This document shows, one piece after another, positions 40,108 through 43,169 of a stretch of DNA of 43,169 nt (its first letter is position 1; each line of letters starts with the position of its first letter). Origin of the DNA: an uncultured Candidatus Kuenenia sp. (lineage in GTDB: Bacteria; Planctomycetota; Planctomycetia; Pirellulales; UBA1268); the NCBI GenBank assembly GCA_964477765.1, contig CAYZFV010000166.1, positions 1 through 43,169 on the forward strand, written 5' to 3'. The notes below the pieces were generated by a model that saw nothing but the letters and a program-made list of their open reading frames with translations, had not been told where the DNA came from and made no database searches. The position numbers were made by a program, and so were the translations under genes.

Positions 40108-41850
40108 ATGAACAAGGAAAGGTTGCTCGAACGACTGCTCCAGGCGATCGTGCTTGTGCTCGCCGGCCTGTGGATCTACTCGCCCACCTACCATGGCAAA
40201 TGGTTGTGGGACGACGACAGCCTTGTCACCAAAAACCCCGAGGTTTTGTCGGGTTCGCTCGAAGGCCTTTTCGCGATCTGGATGAACCCATCCGGCTTCG
40301 ATTATTTCCCCCTTACGTATTCAGCCCTCTGGATGCAGGCACTATTTTTCGGCACTCAGCCCACTGGCTACCACATCGTCACAATCCTGCTCCATCTCAC
40401 CAGTGGCCTCCTGCTCTGGTGGCTCCTGGCCAGAATCAATGTCCCGGGCGCCTGGGTGGCGTCGCTGATCTTCACCATCCATCCGGTCTGCGTGGAGAGC
40501 GTCGCCTGGATTTCAGAAACCAAGAATACGCTGTCGCTCGTGTTCTTTCTGGGCTCCTGCATCTTCTGGGTGAAGCAAGACGACGAGACGCCAGGACGCC
40601 GCCGTGAACGTCTCTACCTCGCATCGCTCGTCCTGTTTCTTTTGGCGATGCTCGCCAAGACATCGGTCGTGGCCATGCCCCTGTTGACGCTCCTTTACGC
40701 CTGGTGGAAACGAAATACCGTCACCAGTCAGGACATCATCCGGGCTTCCCCCATGTTTTTGATCTCTCTCGTGCTGGGCATCATCACGATCCAATATCAA
40801 TGGGGTCGCGCCGTCGGCTCGGAAACGTTTCCCATCGGCGGCATCGGATCCCGACTCGCGATCGCTGGCATGGCAATGATGTTTTATCTGGCCACGACCA
40901 TCTGGCCGATCCGACTCCTGCCGATCTACCCACGGTGGGATGTCGATCCACCCAAGGCCTGGCAATTTTTGCCGTGGCTCCTCGTCGGTGCCGGGATTTT
41001 CTGGCTCTGGAAACATCGGGACACGACGTGGGGCCGCGCTGCGATCCTTGCCTTCGGCTTCTTTCTCCTCATGATCTCGCCGGTCCTCGGATTCGTGGAC
41101 TTTTCTTTCATGCGATTGACGTGGGTCGCCGACCACTTTCTCTACCTCCCCATGATCGGACCGATCGCGCTGCTGGTGGCCGCTGCGACGACGTGGATTG
41201 AAACACGAGACGACCAGACGCGGGCCGTGTTTACCGCGCTGGTCGCCGGCATCATGCTCTTTCTGGGTCTGAACTCGTTTTTCTATGCAAACAAGTGGAT
41301 TGATGAGGAGCACCTCTGGGAGCACACGCTCGCGATCAACCCAGACGCGTGGCAGGCCCACAGCCGGGTGGGAGTCCAAAAACTCAACCGCAATGACATC
41401 GAGGGGGCGTATTACCACTTCACCGAGGCTGCGCGGCTACGACCCGATGTGGGCGAGACCATGAACAACCTTGCTCTGATTCTGGCAAGAAAGGGCCGGC
41501 CGGATGAGGCGATCGCGGCCTATGAGCGCGCGGTGGCGATCTCCCCCGTACCCGCCATACGGGCGAATCTTGCCGATCTTTGCCTTGAACTGGGGCACTA
41601 CGCCGAGGCTCGATTCCACTATGAGGAACTCCTCAAGGCCATGCCAGACAATCCTTTCGTGCTCCATAAGCATGCCTTGGCCCTCTTCAATCTCGGGGAG
41701 AAGGACATGGCAATCCGGGAATTCCGCCGCGTGCTCGAGATCGCCCCCAGCCACAAGGAAGCAGCGGAAAGCCTGAAAGTAGCGGTTGCCAAACGGGCGG
41801 CTGAAACCGCGTCCGAGACCAAAGAAAAACCCTCCGAGGCGATTGAGTGA
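40108..41850 (+). CDS. TMTC-like GT-C glycosyltransferase with C-terminal TPR repeats (paralog 1)
   Basis: Start at MNKERLLERLLQAIVLVLAG. Acidic loop KWLWDDDSLV, a DUF1736-like IHPVCVESVAWISETKNTLS block, about 10 TM segments, then TPR repeats (AYYHFTEAARLRPD..., AIAAYERAVAISP...). Confidence 0.75.
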   Translation: MNKERLLERLLQAIVLVLAGLWIYSPTYHGKWLWDDDSLVTKNPEVLSGSLEGLFAIWMNPSGFDYFPLTYSALWMQALFFGTQPTGYHIVTILLHLTSGLLLWWLLARINVPGAWVASLIFTIHPVCVESVAWISETKNTLSLVFFLGSCIFWVKQDDETPGRRRERLYLASLVLFLLAMLAKTSVVAMPLLTLLYAWWKRNTVTSQDIIRASPMFLISLVLGIITIQYQWGRAVGSETFPIGGIGSRLAIAGMAMMFYLATTIWPIRLLPIYPRWDVDPPKAWQFLPWLLVGAGIFWLWKHRDTTWGRAAILAFGFFLLMISPVLGFVDFSFMRLTWVADHFLYLPMIGPIALLVAAATTWIETRDDQTRAVFTALVAGIMLFLGLNSFFYANKWIDEEHLWEHTLAINPDAWQAHSRVGVQKLNRNDIEGAYYHFTEAARLRPDVGETMNNLALILARKGRPDEAIAAYERAVAISPVPAIRANLADLCLELGHYAEARFHYEELLKAMPDNPFVLHKHALALFNLGEKDMAIREFRRVLEIAPSHKEAAESLKVAVAKRAAETASETKEKPSEAIE

Positions 41851-43169
41851 GCGCCGCAGCGAGTCTCTCTGGCGAGCGGTGCGTGGGCCGCACGCCGCTT
41901 ATCAAAGCAACCGTGATCGTGTTGCTCGGCTTTGCGGTCTTTACCCCCGCCATGCACGGCGCCTTGCTACACGACGATCCTGTCTTCATCAGCGGCAACG
42001 AAGCGGTTCGCACAGGCTCCTGGGGCCGGATGTTCCTGCTCTGGCTCGAGCCGACGGAAGTCGACTACTTCCCGCTCAGCTACACGGCATTTTGGGTGCT
42101 CCGTGGGTTGTTTGGCGTTGAAACCACCGGGTATCACGTCGCGACGATGCTCCTGCATGTCGCCAACGGCCTGCTGCTCTGGAACCTTTTGGCGAGACTC
42201 AAGATCCCCGGCCCATGGTTTGCAGCTCTCACCTTCACCATCCACCCGGCCTGCGTGGAAAGTGTGGCCTGGATCTCGGAGTTGAAGAACACGCTCTCGC
42301 TGCTGCCCTTCCTTGCATCCTGCATCTGCTGGGTGATGCAGGATGAAGCCACCGAGGGCTCACGGCAAAAATGGCTCTGCTTTGCGGCCTATTTTCTCTT
42401 TCTGGTGTCTATGCTCGCCAAGCCGGCGGCCGTCGCGATGCCCGTTGTCACGCTCCTCTACGCCTGGTGGAAGCGCGATCGAATCGACGGCCGCGACATC
42501 GTGCATGCCGTACCGCTCTTTCTCATCTCGATCGTGCTCGGAATCGTCGCGATTCAGTTTCAGCATGGCCGGGCCATCGGCCTGGAAAAATTGCCGCTGG
42601 GGGGAATCGATTCGCGGATCGCGCTCGCCGGCATGGCGATCCTCTTCTATCTCGCCACCATTTTCTTTCCGGTCAACCTCTTGCCGATTTACCCGGCATG
42701 GCCGATCGATCCGCCGCAGCTCTGGCAGTTTCTGCCATGGCTGATCATCGTCGGAGCGGCATGGTCGATGTGGAAAAACCGATCCACGTGGGGCCGCCAT
42801 GCCATCTTTGCCTTTGGATTCTTCCTGCTCATGATCGCGCCGGTGGTGGGATTCGTGGGCATCGCGTGGATGAGGCTCACCTGGGTGGCTGACCACTTCC
42901 TCTATATCGCGATGATCGGGCCGCTCACGCTCTTCGTGGCGGCGGCGGCTTCGTGGATCAACGAGGGCACTGCCCGGCGGCGGCTGGTCGGCTTCCTGGC
43001 CGGGGCCGCCATGACGGCGTTCCTCGCCATCAACACGTTTTCGTATGCCGGCCAGTGGGTCGACGAGGATCACCTTTGGGAATACACGGTGGCCCACAAC
43101 GACAGTGCCTGGATCGCCCATGACCGGCTCGGCGCCTTGAAACTCAAACGCGAAGACTACGATGGGGCC
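41847..43169 (+). CDS. TMTC-like GT-C glycosyltransferase, paralog 2 (partial, runs off the window; not in the ORF track)
   Basis: The frame is open for 441 codons from GTG 41847 (GTGA overlap with the upstream stop) to the window end. The hand translation is collinear with paralog 1. LLHDDPVFI aligns with LWDDDSLV, IHPACVESVAWISELKNTLS with IHPVCVESVAWISETKNTLS, LTWVADHFLYIAMIGP with LTWVADHFLYLPMIGP, and WVDEDHLWEYT with WIDEEHLWEHT. Confidence 0.8.
   Translation, partial: MSAAASLSGERCVGRTPLIKATVIVLLGFAVFTPAMHGALLHDDPVFISGNEAVRTGSWGRMFLLWLEPTEVDYFPLSYTAFWVLRGLFGVETTGYHVATMLLHVANGLLLWNLLARLKIPGPWFAALTFTIHPACVESVAWISELKNTLSLLPFLASCICWVMQDEATEGSRQKWLCFAAYFLFLVSMLAKPAAVAMPVVTLLYAWWKRDRIDGRDIVHAVPLFLISIVLGIVAIQFQHGRAIGLEKLPLGGIDSRIALAGMAILFYLATIFFPVNLLPIYPAWPIDPPQLWQFLPWLIIVGAAWSMWKNRSTWGRHAIFAFGFFLLMIAPVVGFVGIAWMRLTWVADHFLYIAMIGPLTLFVAAAASWINEGTARRRLVGFLAGAAMTAFLAINTFSYAGQWVDEDHLWEYTVAHNDSAWIAHDRLGALKLKREDYDGA

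Noticed and set aside
1-43169. A scan for tRNA, rRNA, tmRNA, transposase, integrase, phage or cas genes that might explain the island.
   Set aside because: Reading the ORF translations and intergenic regions turned up no cloverleaf-like sequences, rRNA-like stretches, or DDE/tyrosine/serine recombinase motifs. A covariance-model or HMM search would be needed to exclude them formally.

Overview
High-GC (roughly 65-70% by eye) chromosomal segment with clearly planctomycete gene content: DUF1501/DUF1553 and DUF1552/DUF1592 pairs and an H-X9-DG DUF1559 pseudopilin-like protein. It falls into three zones. (i) 1-17.5 kb holds an rlmM-like gene and birA (convergent, overlapping) and two tandem OMP-like paralogs. 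It then runs into a 13-kb co-directional minus-strand string: NusG paralog > TPR-DUF1549/1553 > DUF1501 > HisKA_3 kinase > NarL/LuxR regulator > DUF1559 > DUF1552 > DUF1592 > EF-hand lipoprotein. (ii) 17.5-24.5 kb is a decayed accessory island packed with type-II-TA-like pairs (MNT/HEPN, 2x DUF4160/DUF2442, VapBC, ParE-like, BrnTA). It also carries a degraded Uma2 gene, an ABC-ATPase 3' remnant and three partial copies of the GT2 gene that sits intact at the island's right edge. (iii) 24.6-43.2 kb is a glycan/glycosylation locus interrupted by two more TA modules. Its genes are a GtrB/Dpm1-type GT2, a MOP flippase, a large polytopic membrane protein, a GT15 (Kre2/Mnt1)-like enzyme, two FkbM-type and one class-I methyltransferase, a B12-radical-SAM plus FNR-like reductase, and two further GT2s. 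It ends with two tandem TMTC-like GT-C/TPR proteins, the second running off the window and absent from the ORF track. Three families of short GC-rich hairpin repeats fill intergenic regions and bracket the TA cassettes. No rRNA, tRNA, CRISPR array, transposase or integrase was recognised. All homology calls come from motif recognition by eye, not database searches.
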